Origin: Microcoleaceae cyanobacterium
GTDB lineage: Bacteria > Cyanobacteriota > Cyanobacteriia > Cyanobacteriales > Microcoleaceae
Direction: 5' to 3'
Length of the DNA: 64,000 nucleotides
Assembly (NCBI GenBank): GCA_051652765.1
Contig: JBOFUV010000052.1
Coordinates: forward strand, 1 to 64,000
Within the stretch, counting starts at the first letter, position 1. Each line of letters begins with the position of its first letter. The notes under the pieces are model-generated. The model did no database searches and was not told the DNA's origin. It was given only the letters and a program-made list of their open reading frames with translations. The position numbers and the translations under genes are program-made. This document shows, piece by piece, positions 47,970 through 59,500 of this stretch.

Positions 47970-47997
47970 ATTCCCTTCTCCCGAAGAAGAAGGGAAT
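47970..47997 (+). terminator. hairpin after the lipoprotein gene
   Basis: ATTCCCTTCT...AGAAGGGAAT 10-bp stem. Confidence 0.55.
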
Positions 47998-48018
47998 CAA
48001 GAAACTATGGTTTGCCTA

Positions 48019-48048
48019 TTGAAAATATCTCAATTGTTTTGCTACAAT
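48019..48048 (+). promoter_or_regulatory. sigma70-type promoter for tRNA-Cys
   Basis: TTGAAA - 18 bp - TACAAT, ending 16 bp before the tRNA. Confidence 0.6.
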
Positions 48049-48064
48049 AAATGTTTGTAGGTGC

Positions 48065-48135
<71 letters not shown>

Positions 48136-48215
48136 TGAATTGTGAAGGTCTCATCTAAAACATCGTAGCTCAAGTGATATCGTCAGCCTAGTCAGACTCT
48201 AGGCTGATTTTTTAG

Positions 48216-48605
48216 TTACGGCAGGGCAGCAGAAATCAGGTTAACGAGTTCATCCTCTGACCAAGGCTTGTAAATGCAACTGTAGAGATTTGCCTGCTGT
48301 TGAGCGCGTTTGACCGCAGCCTCATCCGCTTGACCTGTTAACATCACGGTCACAACTTTTGGATATTTTTGATGTACCTCAACCAAAAATTCATCTCCTT
48401 TGATATTCGGCATCAACCAGTCCGAAATAATCAGTAAGATCTCAATTTGATGATTTTGTAAGTCCTCAATAATTTCCCAGGCTTCTTCAACACTTTCTGC
48501 GATTTCATAGAGATACTGATTCCCAAATCTTCGTTTCAGTTGTTCCTTTAGACTTTCTAGAATAATTGACTCATCATCAACACACAAAATTGCTTGGTCT
48601 ACCAT
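48216..48605 (-). CDS. single-domain response regulator (REC only)
   Basis: 'ILCVDDE', 'ISDWLMP', 'MLTG', 'KPW'. Confidence 0.92.
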   Translation of the reverse strand: MVDQAILCVDDESIILESLKEQLKRRFGNQYLYEIAESVEEAWEIIEDLQNHQIEILLIISDWLMPNIKGDEFLVEVHQKYPKVVTVMLTGQADEAAVKRAQQQANLYSCIYKPWSEDELVNLISAALP

Positions 48606-48880
48606 AACGATCGAGGGTTTAATTCTAAAGATACATTGCTGACCTTCAGCTTTCTATAACAATCTCATTTGAACTGTGAACGTGGATTGGACTCTTGCCC
48701 ACCCAGGCTAGAAAAGGCTAGAAACCTGCACCACAGATATCTCATAAATCATTACTGATTCATTACTGATTGCTATAGTATATCGCCCTTTATGTTGATG
48801 TTGAGTGAATGTAGGTAGGAGCACACCAAACTGGATTTGAAACCGATGAAGTCTCTACAATCTCGGGCCAGAACTGACTT

Positions 48881-50344
48881 TTAGATCGAAAGTTTTGATT
48901 CTAAACTAGGGGCTTGTGTAACGGTTATCGGCAGCCAAACCTTAAAGGTTGTCTGACCTGAGACACTTTCAAAATTAATTTTACCTTGATGTTTTTCGAC
49001 AATTTTACGCACAATATCTAGACCTAGACCACTGCCCTCCCCTACCGATTTGGTGGTGAAGAAAGGTTCAAAAATTTTGTCCTGAATACTGACTGGAATC
49101 CCACACCCGGAATCTGTGATGGATACCACCTGATAACGATTTTGTTCAGATACATTGATTTCTAAAATTCCTTTCCCTTCCATAGCTTGAATCGCGTTAT
49201 GAATTAAATTAATCCACACCTGATCTAATTCATTGGGATGACATAGAATTGGGCCGACAGAATCGTAGGTTCGCACAACTTCAACACCTTGTTGAAGTTG
49301 ACTCCGATACAGTTGTAAAACAGTTTCAATGCTCTCAGACAGTTGAGCAAGCTGTTTTTCATTATTTTGGTTGTATCGGGAGTAACTCTTGAGGGCAAAA
49401 ACTGTTTTTGCAGCCCGTTCTACGGCCATGAGAGTATTTTGGCTATTACTCTGCAAGCGCGTGAGATTGTAGACAACTTGAAAGATCCAGTCTCGATTGG
49501 GCGATCGCAACCAGGGCAACAATGGTTCAAGATTATTGTAGATTTGGAGATCTGCTAACATCTCAGCCACATTTCGAACAGAGTCAATTTGATACAGGAC
49601 AAGTTGTTCAGTTAACTGTCGCTTTAACTGTCGCTGTTCTTTAGTTGAGAGTTGCAGATTGTGTTGAGTTGCTTGCCCCAATAGTGTGAATAAATGAATC
49701 TGTTGATCTTCACTTAGATTAAGTAATTGGGGTAGATCTTGCAGAAATTCTTGCAGTGCCAACTTAGTATTTTCACTAGAAGCTCGAATCGCACCCAAAG
49801 GAGTATTGATTTCGTGGGCAATACTCGCAATTAACTGACCCAAAGCTGCCATTTTCTCAGACTGAATCAGTTGATTTTGGGTGGATTGTAGTTCGGCCAA
49901 GGCTCGAGCCAGATCATCATTTTTCTGTTGTAAACTACGATGGAGCATCCGATTTTCCAAGTGAGTCTCAACTCGTGCAAGTACCTCCTCAACTTGAAAA
50001 GGCTTGGTAACGTAGTCAATGCCTCCTATTGTAAATGCTTTGACTTTGTCTATGACATCATTAATTGCACTAATAAAAATCACGGGAATGTCACGGGTTG
50101 TTTCATCTGCTTTCAATTGTTCGCAGACTTCATAGCCATCCATTTCCGGCATCATAATATCGAGCAAAACTAGGTCAGGGGGAGAGTTCTTGATGGCTGC
50201 CAAGGCCAGCTTTCCATTGGGTAATGCTCTAACATTGTAACCTTTGTTTTTGAGGAGGTTAACTAGGAGTCGAAGATTGGCTGGAGTGTCGTCAATGACC
50301 AGAATATGCCCTTTATAAAGCAGGTAATCTTGAGTAGAATCCAT
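48881..50344 (-). CDS. hybrid REC + histidine kinase (NtrB-like HisKA/HATPase)
   Basis: N-terminal REC 'IDDTPANL...LLDIMMP...KPF', 'IAHEINTPL', N box, 'DSG.GI', 'FFTTK..GEGSGLGL'. Confidence 0.93.
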   Translation of the reverse strand: MDSTQDYLLYKGHILVIDDTPANLRLLVNLLKNKGYNVRALPNGKLALAAIKNSPPDLVLLDIMMPEMDGYEVCEQLKADETTRDIPVIFISAINDVIDKVKAFTIGGIDYVTKPFQVEEVLARVETHLENRMLHRSLQQKNDDLARALAELQSTQNQLIQSEKMAALGQLIASIAHEINTPLGAIRASSENTKLALQEFLQDLPQLLNLSEDQQIHLFTLLGQATQHNLQLSTKEQRQLKRQLTEQLVLYQIDSVRNVAEMLADLQIYNNLEPLLPWLRSPNRDWIFQVVYNLTRLQSNSQNTLMAVERAAKTVFALKSYSRYNQNNEKQLAQLSESIETVLQLYRSQLQQGVEVVRTYDSVGPILCHPNELDQVWINLIHNAIQAMEGKGILEINVSEQNRYQVVSITDSGCGIPVSIQDKIFEPFFTTKSVGEGSGLGLDIVRKIVEKHQGKINFESVSGQTTFKVWLPITVTQAPSLESKLSI

Positions 50345-50362
50345 GGTGTAACGGGTTTAATT

Positions 50363-53152
50363 TCAGAGTGAAGCGATAAAGCTAAGAATTTTGTCAAACT
50401 CAAATTGATCAGTATAATCTTTTAAAATCTTCGCCAAGGAGGGATTCCGGGTCTGAATCTGTTCAATCGTAGTTGTGATTAAATCCAAGTCTCCAATTTG
50501 AAAGCCTTGATTTAAATGTTCAATCCATTCTCGGGGTAATTGTTTGAAGTCATTAGCATTGAGGGTATAAGAAAGCGAAGTAGCTGAGTCATAAGAGGCA
50601 ATATTTTCATAGACAAACTTTACGCCCAGATGTTTGTTCAGGGCTATAAAGATATCTTCATTTCGAAACGGTTTTCGCATAAAGTCATCACATCCAGCCG
50701 ATAAGATAACTGCTCGCTCTTCTTCCAAAACACTGGCTGTGAGGGCAATAATTGCGGTGGCTTGCCCTCGAGTCGTTGCCTTAATTTTCTGGGTTGCTGC
50801 ATAACCATCCATAATCGGCATTCGCATGTCCATCCAGATCAGATGGGGTTCCCATTGATGCCAAAGATCTACCGCTTCTTGACCATTAGCAGCTTCTTTC
50901 ATTTCAAATCCCAGAGGGGCTAAGAGTTTAACTAAAAGCTGGCGGTTAATGGCTTTATCATCTACCACCAATAAACGATAACGAGGTTGACCCGGCTCTA
51001 GGGCAACAACACGATGGGTAGAATGAGTTTGTTCCACATCACTCCCGTCAGCAATGGTAGCTTGAATATCAAACATAAATACTGCTCTCTGGCCAACAGT
51101 AGAGGCAACTTGAATATTACCCCCCATCAACTGCACAAATCTGCGACTAATCGGCAAGCCTAACCCTGTGCCTTCATGAGAGAGCCGACCTGATTCCGTT
51201 TGGACAAAGGCTTCAAACAGATGATCGAGTTCTTCAGCGGCAATGCCAACTCCCGTGTCTTCAACCTCAAAGTGAATTGTGATTGGCGTATTCGGAGATG
51301 GCATGGTCTGATTCTCAAGTTCCTGTTCCCAATTCTCTGGATTGATTGGGTTTGTTGAGTTTGTTAGACTTGTCCTAACGGCCACTCCCCCGGTGTGAGT
51401 AAACTTCAATGCATTGTTGAGCAAGTTAATTAACACTTGACGGAGTTTGACCTGATCGGCCTGGATGTAGCGAGGAACTGCCTCAGACCGCTCAAAGATC
51501 AGTTGCAACTGCTTTTCTTCTGCCTTGAGATGAAACATATCTTCTAGATCATCCAGCAACTGATAGAGGTCAAATCTGGTTTCATTTAACACTAACCGTC
51601 CAGCTTCAATCTTGGATAGGTCTAAAACTTGATTGATCAGGGTGAGTAAATGTTCTCCACTGCGGGAAATAATACTGAGGTTTTCCTGTTGCTCCGAAGA
51701 TAAGGTGCGACTGCGAGTGATCAGTTGAGCAAATCCCAGAATGGCATTGAGGGGCGATCGCAATTCATGGCTCATATTCGCAAGAAAGGCACTTTTCGCT
51801 TCATTGGCCACTTCTGCTCTTTGCTTAGCCTCTGCCAGTTCAGCCGTTCGTTGGGCAACCCGGTGTTCTAGGGTTTCAAAGGAATCCTGCAGTTGATCGG
51901 CCATGCTATTGAAGGAATTGGCTAACTGACCCAGTTCATCTTGGCGATCTAGAACAACGGTTTTATCCCAGTTGCCTTTGGCGATATCCTTTGCGGCTTC
52001 ATTCAGTTGGAGAATGGGCTGTACCACCCATCGAGCCGTCATCATCCCTAGGGCGATCGCCGTAGTTAGAGCCGCCAAACATAGCAACAGCGTTATTTTA
52101 GTATTTTTGTGAATTTGCTCCATGAAGTCCGCTTCAGGAACCACAACAGCAATCAGCCAGTTCAGTCCTAACTCATCTTGATAAGGCAAAACCTGAACAA
52201 ACTGTCGTTGTCCATCTGGAGTTGTGAAGTCTAGTTTTGTCAGGGTTTGAATTTGATCCAGTCCCCCAAAGTGTTCTGTTAAGTATTGAGCTGTGGCCCG
52301 AATCAGGGGGTCACCAAACTCTGTTGCCTTAACCCGCTCATTGTTCGGAGTAAACGGAAGTTCAGTAGAGGAGCTAGCCACCAACAAACCAGAAGGCTCT
52401 ACAATAAAAGTCTTTCCAGTCTTCCCAATGTTGAGGGTGCTGAGAAAGTTACTGATTGCTTCCAAGGTTACATCCAAACCCAGGACTCCGACTAACTGAT
52501 TGTTTGAGTCAAACACAGGTTGGGAAGGAGTGATCATCAAAGCTTTGGTACTCGCCGCATCGGTGTAGACCTCACTCCAAGTGGGCTTCCCGATAGCAAC
52601 AGCAGCTTTGTACCAGGGTCGAGCACGAGGATCGTAGCCTTCAACGGCATCGATCATTCGGCCAGTGAATTGGCCTTGAGCATCCGTGGCATAAAAATTT
52701 AGATTCCCCTCCGTCCACTGACTGCGTAGACTAATTTGGTAGGGGCTTTCTGGAAACAGGCGGGCCACTCCATAAAATTCTCCTTGCTCAGTCCCAAAAT
52801 AGGCATGGACAATATTTGGGAAAGTCTGGATCAACCCGAGAAAGCTCTTTTCCCGAGAGGCAGCATCCTGCAAATTGAGTTGGCCATCTCGAATTTGATG
52901 AGCCATCATCTGATTCACCAATTGGGCCTGTTGCACATAATTGTCTAAGCGATCTTCAATCCGGGCCGTTACTTCACCCCGCAATTGTGTCGCCAGATCA
53001 TTAACCGCTTTTTGACCATTGCGAAAAGAAATATAACCTACTAGCCCAACGGCAGTTACCAATTGCAATACAAAAGGCACAATCAAGATGGGACGGAGGG
53101 GTAAATGCCGAATCCCTCTAGTGAGTTTATGACTGAGTGGTTGAATTAACAT
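50363..53152 (-). CDS. membrane hybrid histidine kinase (dCache, HAMP, HisKA, HATPase, REC)
   Basis: TM, 'YDPRARPWY' dCache motif, HAMP 'DELGQLA', 'MSHELRSPLNAI', 'GTGLGLPI', C-terminal REC 'MDMRMP'. Confidence 0.95.
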   Translation of the reverse strand: MLIQPLSHKLTRGIRHLPLRPILIVPFVLQLVTAVGLVGYISFRNGQKAVNDLATQLRGEVTARIEDRLDNYVQQAQLVNQMMAHQIRDGQLNLQDAASREKSFLGLIQTFPNIVHAYFGTEQGEFYGVARLFPESPYQISLRSQWTEGNLNFYATDAQGQFTGRMIDAVEGYDPRARPWYKAAVAIGKPTWSEVYTDAASTKALMITPSQPVFDSNNQLVGVLGLDVTLEAISNFLSTLNIGKTGKTFIVEPSGLLVASSSTELPFTPNNERVKATEFGDPLIRATAQYLTEHFGGLDQIQTLTKLDFTTPDGQRQFVQVLPYQDELGLNWLIAVVVPEADFMEQIHKNTKITLLLCLAALTTAIALGMMTARWVVQPILQLNEAAKDIAKGNWDKTVVLDRQDELGQLANSFNSMADQLQDSFETLEHRVAQRTAELAEAKQRAEVANEAKSAFLANMSHELRSPLNAILGFAQLITRSRTLSSEQQENLSIISRSGEHLLTLINQVLDLSKIEAGRLVLNETRFDLYQLLDDLEDMFHLKAEEKQLQLIFERSEAVPRYIQADQVKLRQVLINLLNNALKFTHTGGVAVRTSLTNSTNPINPENWEQELENQTMPSPNTPITIHFEVEDTGVGIAAEELDHLFEAFVQTESGRLSHEGTGLGLPISRRFVQLMGGNIQVASTVGQRAVFMFDIQATIADGSDVEQTHSTHRVVALEPGQPRYRLLVVDDKAINRQLLVKLLAPLGFEMKEAANGQEAVDLWHQWEPHLIWMDMRMPIMDGYAATQKIKATTRGQATAIIALTASVLEEERAVILSAGCDDFMRKPFRNEDIFIALNKHLGVKFVYENIASYDSATSLSYTLNANDFKQLPREWIEHLNQGFQIGDLDLITTTIEQIQTRNPSLAKILKDYTDQFEFDKILSFIASL

Positions 53153-53570
53153 AACGTTTCTCTGAAATTACGACTAGACATAAATTGCTGAAGCCGCAAA
53201 TCAGTCCTGATTTCTAAATGGTCTGTATAGAACCTTAACCCGACCGTGCAACCTCATTCGTCCATTGTATGCCAAGTCAAAATCTAACACTTAGTATAAA
53301 AAATACATCTGTTATCGCTAGCTGTATTAAACTAGCTGTGTTAGAAAGAATGACCTTCAAGCCATGCCGTTCATTTCATCATTGCTCTAATTGAAAGTTG
53401 CTGTAAACTACAGCAAGAAGTAATCATTTGTGAGTAGGGGGTAGAGGGATGTTGACCCTTCTCAGAGACAAAGTCCCCAAACCCCTTTTTAGGGTTCTCA
53501 TGCTTGATCTCTGATTGCCGTAGCACGATGACTGATTGATGAGGTTCTTGATGGGATTCTTAATAGATTG

Positions 53571-54764
53571 TTAAATATCCGATTCCTCTTCGCCAACGGC
53601 TGAATCTTCAGGCTCCACCGAGGGACGATACAGGTGATCTGGCAGTTCATAGACTCTGGGTAGCACTCGTTCCTGTTGTAGCAGGGTGGGTTCAGCGTCG
53701 TAGCCAAGGTCTGAATCAACTTCTGGTTCTTGGCTCAGCGCTTGAGCCTCACCGATGACTGAACTAATGGATTCTGGCCTGTCAACACCTAGAGTAACCC
53801 CTGGTTCCTGGGTAATCCATTCAGTCTCCTGGCTTGCTGAAAGTTCAGGGTCTAAGTCAGCCGGGTCAGACGAGAAGAACGGTTGCACTGCCGACGGGGC
53901 ATCCGGAGTTTGTTCAGTGGATTGTCGGGATTGATAGACCCTAGGTTGACTCAGATTCGGGACAAAAGTTGACGAACTCGTCTCAACCTGGGTTGGATCT
54001 TGCATAAACTGAACCAACTCTGTTGTCCCTTCCCGAATCCGCTGATAGTATTCTTGCTCTAGGTTGAGGATCGCTCCCTGAATTTGGGCTTCAGACTTCT
54101 CCGTCAAATCCTGCCGAATGTCTTGAATCTGAGCGTCATGCCGCTGTTCTAAAACATCTAAGCGGTTCTGTAGCTCAGTTTGACTGGCTGCTGTTGTGGT
54201 TGCCAGGTCTTGAAGTTGGAACTCATATCGACCCAATTCTTGATTCAGTTGCTCCACTTGAGATTTGCTGACCTCAACGTCTTGCCGCACCTCTCCCAGA
54301 TTAACGTCGTACTGGGCCAAAGATTCGGTCATGTTCTGAACCCGCGCCTCACTGGTTGCAAGTCGTTGGGTCACTGCCATCAGGCGATTTTCATAAATCC
54401 CTAGGGTGCGATGGGCTTGATCTAATTCAAGCTCGCGGGTAGTCAGTTGAGTCGCTAATTCTTCCCGCTCTTGGCCAAACTCTTGTTTGAGAGCACGATG
54501 GGTCGCGTCAAGTCGATCCTCATAAAAGCGCTTGGTTGCTTCTGTCTGCTGCCCGAGTTGCAGTTGATGCTCCTGTCGTAAAGACTGAACCATCTCCTGA
54601 ATTCGTGACTGGTGACTTTTTTCCAGTTCCTCAGCCTGATTCCGAATTTTGGTTTCGTAGGCCCGTCGTTGCTGAAGTGATCGCCGTTCCCACAGCCAAT
54701 AGCCACAACCAAACCCCGCAGCCAAAGCTGCAACTATCATCAGCAATAGATTCATCACTTCCAT
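53571..54764 (-). CDS. membrane-anchored coiled-coil protein with acidic disordered tail
   Basis: N-terminal TM, about 220 aa Q/E/L-rich heptad region, acidic Pro/Ser-rich C-terminus. Confidence 0.75.
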   Translation of the reverse strand: MEVMNLLLMIVAALAAGFGCGYWLWERRSLQQRRAYETKIRNQAEELEKSHQSRIQEMVQSLRQEHQLQLGQQTEATKRFYEDRLDATHRALKQEFGQEREELATQLTTRELELDQAHRTLGIYENRLMAVTQRLATSEARVQNMTESLAQYDVNLGEVRQDVEVSKSQVEQLNQELGRYEFQLQDLATTTAASQTELQNRLDVLEQRHDAQIQDIRQDLTEKSEAQIQGAILNLEQEYYQRIREGTTELVQFMQDPTQVETSSSTFVPNLSQPRVYQSRQSTEQTPDAPSAVQPFFSSDPADLDPELSASQETEWITQEPGVTLGVDRPESISSVIGEAQALSQEPEVDSDLGYDAEPTLLQQERVLPRVYELPDHLYRPSVEPEDSAVGEEESDI

Positions 54765-54865
54765 GACCTTCTCCAGTCGTAACAGCTCGTCATCCGTGAG
54801 TGCTCCGGAATCTGGATCGAGTGGAACAGAGACCAGGGCGCTTTGAATCTTAGAGTATAGATCTT

Positions 54866-54912
54866 TTGGATCTCAAGTTGGATCTCAAGTTGGATCTCAA
54901 GTTGGATCTCAG
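54866..54912 (+). repeat. 12-bp tandem repeat TTGGATCTCAAG x4
   Basis: Units at 54866, 54878 and 54890, plus a near-complete unit at 54902; lies in a divergent promoter region. Confidence 0.95.
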
Positions 54913-54952
54913 TATAATTTTCAACAATAGCTCTTGCCCTTGACCATCATCA

Positions 54953-55261
54953 ATGACAAAGTCCACAGAAAGTTCCCTCCTTCGTGCCCATATTTTTATC
55001 TCTGGACAAGTACAGGGAGTTGGCTTTCGGATTGCAACCCAGGCAATAGCAATACAACACAATCTTCAAGGTTGGGTGAGAAATCTCTCCGATGGTCGGG
55101 TGGAAGCAGTATGTGAGGGCAATCGCCTCCAAATTGAAGCGATGATTCAGTGGTGTCGCCAAGGGCCACCTGGGGCAATTCCTCAGACTGTGATCGTTGA
55201 ATATGAAGAACCTGAGGGAATTCAGGGATTCAAAATCACACGCCGAGAATCAGAATCTTAA
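54953..55261 (+). CDS. acyP: acylphosphatase
   Basis: 'G.VQGVGFR', 'GWVRNL.DGRVE', 'WC..GPP.A'. Confidence 0.93.
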   Translation: MTKSTESSLLRAHIFISGQVQGVGFRIATQAIAIQHNLQGWVRNLSDGRVEAVCEGNRLQIEAMIQWCRQGPPGAIPQTVIVEYEEPEGIQGFKITRRESES

Positions 55262-55274
55262 ACCAAGATCTGAC

Positions 55275-56441
55275 TTAAAGCCGAGACTTCACAAACGCCT
55301 CTAGCCGTTCCATCCCAGTATCAATGGTGGCTAGATCCGTGGCATAGGATAACCGAATATGATCGTCATCACCAAAGGCAATTCCAGGAATTGCCGCCAT
55401 CTGCTGTTCTTCTAGCAAGGCATCACAAAACGCCATTGAATTCAGACCCGTCTGACTAATATTAAGGTACATATAAAATGCCCCGTCTGGCTTCAGACAA
55501 TGAATTCCAGGAATGGCGTTTAACTTTTCATACATCACTTCCCGCCGCTTGGCAAACGCTAGCCGCATTGTTTCAACACAATCTTGGGGATATTCTAAGG
55601 CAGCGATCGCTCCATACTGAGCAAAAGTGCAAACATTGGAGGTGCTGTGACCTTGAAGTCGAATCAGTCCCTTGATCACGTCAGCATCTCCCGCAAGATA
55701 CCCCAGTCGCCAACCCGTCATCGCATAGGCTTTGGCGAAACCACTGCTAATAAATGTAAATTTTGCACTCTCTGGATGGGCAGCCGCAATGCTGAGATGA
55801 GTGATCTGATCGTAGACAATCTTTGCATAAATCTCATCTGAAACAACATAAATTCCAGTCTCGACCACAACTTCTGCTAGGGCTTTAACTTCCGCTGGTG
55901 TATAAACCATCCCCGTAGGATTGGAAGGAGAATTGAGCACAAATAACTTTGTTTTTGGAGTGATAGATTGGCGCAGCAGTTCGGGTGTGATTTTGTATCC
56001 GGTACTGGCATCGGTTGGAACAATTACTGGCGTTCCTGTGGCCAACTTCACCATTTCCGGATAGCTGACCCAGTATGGTGCAGGGATAATCACCTCATCT
56101 CCTGGATCAATCACCACCATGATCAGATTGTAGAGTGAATGCTTGCCCCCGTTGGTCACGATCACGTTTTCAACCCCATACTCAATGCCAATCTCTTGAG
56201 TTAAGCTGCGGGCGATCGCTTGTCTGAGTTGTGGTTCTCCTGCGGCAGGGCCATAGCGGGTTTTGCCCTGATCCAATGCCTGTTTTACGGCAGCCACAAT
56301 ATGTTTTGGCGTATCGAAATCTGGTTCCCCCACGCTGAAATCCAAAACATCAATTCCCTGACTCTTCAGGGTCTTGGCTTTTGCCGAGATCGCAAGGGTG
56401 AGAGAGGGCGGAACCTGTTCGATTCGTGCGGCTAGCTTCAT
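55275..56441 (-). CDS. aspC: aspartate aminotransferase (class I/II PLP)
   Basis: 'GEPDFDTP', 'NSPSNPTG', 'SDEIY', 'K.YAMTGWR.GY'; start taken at ATG 56441. Confidence 0.9.
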   Translation of the reverse strand: MKLAARIEQVPPSLTLAISAKAKTLKSQGIDVLDFSVGEPDFDTPKHIVAAVKQALDQGKTRYGPAAGEPQLRQAIARSLTQEIGIEYGVENVIVTNGGKHSLYNLIMVVIDPGDEVIIPAPYWVSYPEMVKLATGTPVIVPTDASTGYKITPELLRQSITPKTKLFVLNSPSNPTGMVYTPAEVKALAEVVVETGIYVVSDEIYAKIVYDQITHLSIAAAHPESAKFTFISSGFAKAYAMTGWRLGYLAGDADVIKGLIRLQGHSTSNVCTFAQYGAIAALEYPQDCVETMRLAFAKRREVMYEKLNAIPGIHCLKPDGAFYMYLNISQTGLNSMAFCDALLEEQQMAAIPGIAFGDDDHIRLSYATDLATIDTGMERLEAFVKSRL

Positions 56442-56652
56442 GGTGACATCCCTTGAAGTTAAGGTCATAAGTCCTAAGATTCTAAAGGGAGTTTCTCCAG
56501 GTTGCAACTTATGTCTGGAAATCCCAACAGTTCTCAGTCTAGAATTTCTCACTCTAGAATTTCAATTGCAAAATAACTGCTAATAGCCTTGAGGTCTCTC
56601 TCTCTTCTCCAAAAGCTGAAAGAGGTCATTCCTGTTGTGGCAGAATGGTTAG

Positions 56653-58389
<1,737 letters not shown>

Positions 58390-58615
58390 ATTTCCACTTC
58401 AGATTCTGCTTAAATAATGATGCTTTAGATTATAAATTATGGGGTTAAAAACACTTTGTGTATGCTCGCTCATTAGGGTTAAGAGGATAGTTGAAAAGTC
58501 GGATTTATTCCCCGATGGGTTAGGCTGCGTCATCCAAACCCCCTGGGTTTGCATTCAGAGTCTAGTTCACTGGCATCGATTGATACCCTTTTCAAACATC
58601 CTCTGAGGAACTTTT

Positions 58616-59035
58616 GTGGCTTACTGGGTTAAAATCACTGATGATCAAAAGCAGTACTTTGTTAACCTAGAGCAGGTAGGTGCATTTTGTACTGAATTCA
58701 ATAAACGGATTAAATTTTGGCTCCCTGATATTGGTCAACCTATTATTGTCAATAATCAAAGTAACCCGGAGGAATATCAGAAACTCTGGCATTATCTTGC
58801 TCTCATCACAGACCAAACTTCTCCAACATATTGGCTGAAAATTCACTACGAACGCCGAGACTACATTATTAATCTGGATCGAGTTTATGCTTTTTCCTAT
58901 GACCAAGGCAAACGCATTACGTTCTGGCTGCCCGATGGAGTAGAACCCATTATTTTAAATTCCCAAAGCTATGCAGAAGCCTATCAAAAAGTCCAGGATT
59001 ATGTTGAACGTACGACGGGATATACGCTTTCGTAA
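58616..59035 (+). CDS. hypothetical protein made of two tandem ~65-aa repeats
   Basis: 'YW(V/L)KI......Y..NL..V.AF.....KRI.FWLPD...PII.N.QS..E.YQK' occurs twice; GAGGA RBS, GTG start. Confidence 0.75.
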   Translation: MAYWVKITDDQKQYFVNLEQVGAFCTEFNKRIKFWLPDIGQPIIVNNQSNPEEYQKLWHYLALITDQTSPTYWLKIHYERRDYIINLDRVYAFSYDQGKRITFWLPDGVEPIILNSQSYAEAYQKVQDYVERTTGYTLS

Positions 59036-59169
59036 GTCCTAATCCATCAGTCCTTAATATAAGGTCGGTTTTAGTTACTACTGTAAATTAATTACAAAAA
59101 AACCAGGAGCATCCTGGAGACAAAGTTTCCTTGAGAATTCTTGCCATCGCTCTCCAACTAACTCCTGGA

Positions 59170-59225
59170 TCAATTAAGCATTAGTCAATTAAGTATTGGT
59201 CAATTAAGCATTAGTTAATTAAGCA
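59170..59225 (+). repeat. 15-bp tandem repeat TCAATTAAGCATTAG x3.7 overlapping a stop codon
   Basis: Units at 59170, 59185, 59200 and 59215. Confidence 0.9.
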
Positions 59226-59422
59226 AATTGTTCAACCTCAATCACTTGGCTGAGTTCGATTTGTTCCCATTGACCTTCTGGAGTATCTTCGGCAGCAATA
59301 ATAATCATTTCTTCCTCTTCCGAAAACCCCATGGGACTAGCATAGCGAATCGCGCCATCATGATCTTGAAACTTGATCCGTTTGGCAGCAACAACATCAG
59401 CAATGGTTAACTCTGTGTCCAT
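59219..59422 (-). CDS. small acidic hypothetical protein (67 aa)
   Basis: AGGAGA RBS before ATG; co-oriented downstream of the Hsp70-like gene. Confidence 0.65.
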   Translation of the reverse strand: MDTELTIADVVAAKRIKFQDHDGAIRYASPMGFSEEEEMIIIAAEDTPEGQWEQIELSQVIEVEQFA

Positions 59423-59500
59423 GGATTGCTCTCCTAAAGTTCAACTTGAAAACTAACTTGAAACTTAACTAAAAGCTAAACAGTCTGAATACACATTGAT

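Noticed and set aside
53571..54764. RNase Y
   Set aside because: TM + coiled coil is similar, but no KH or HD domain follows
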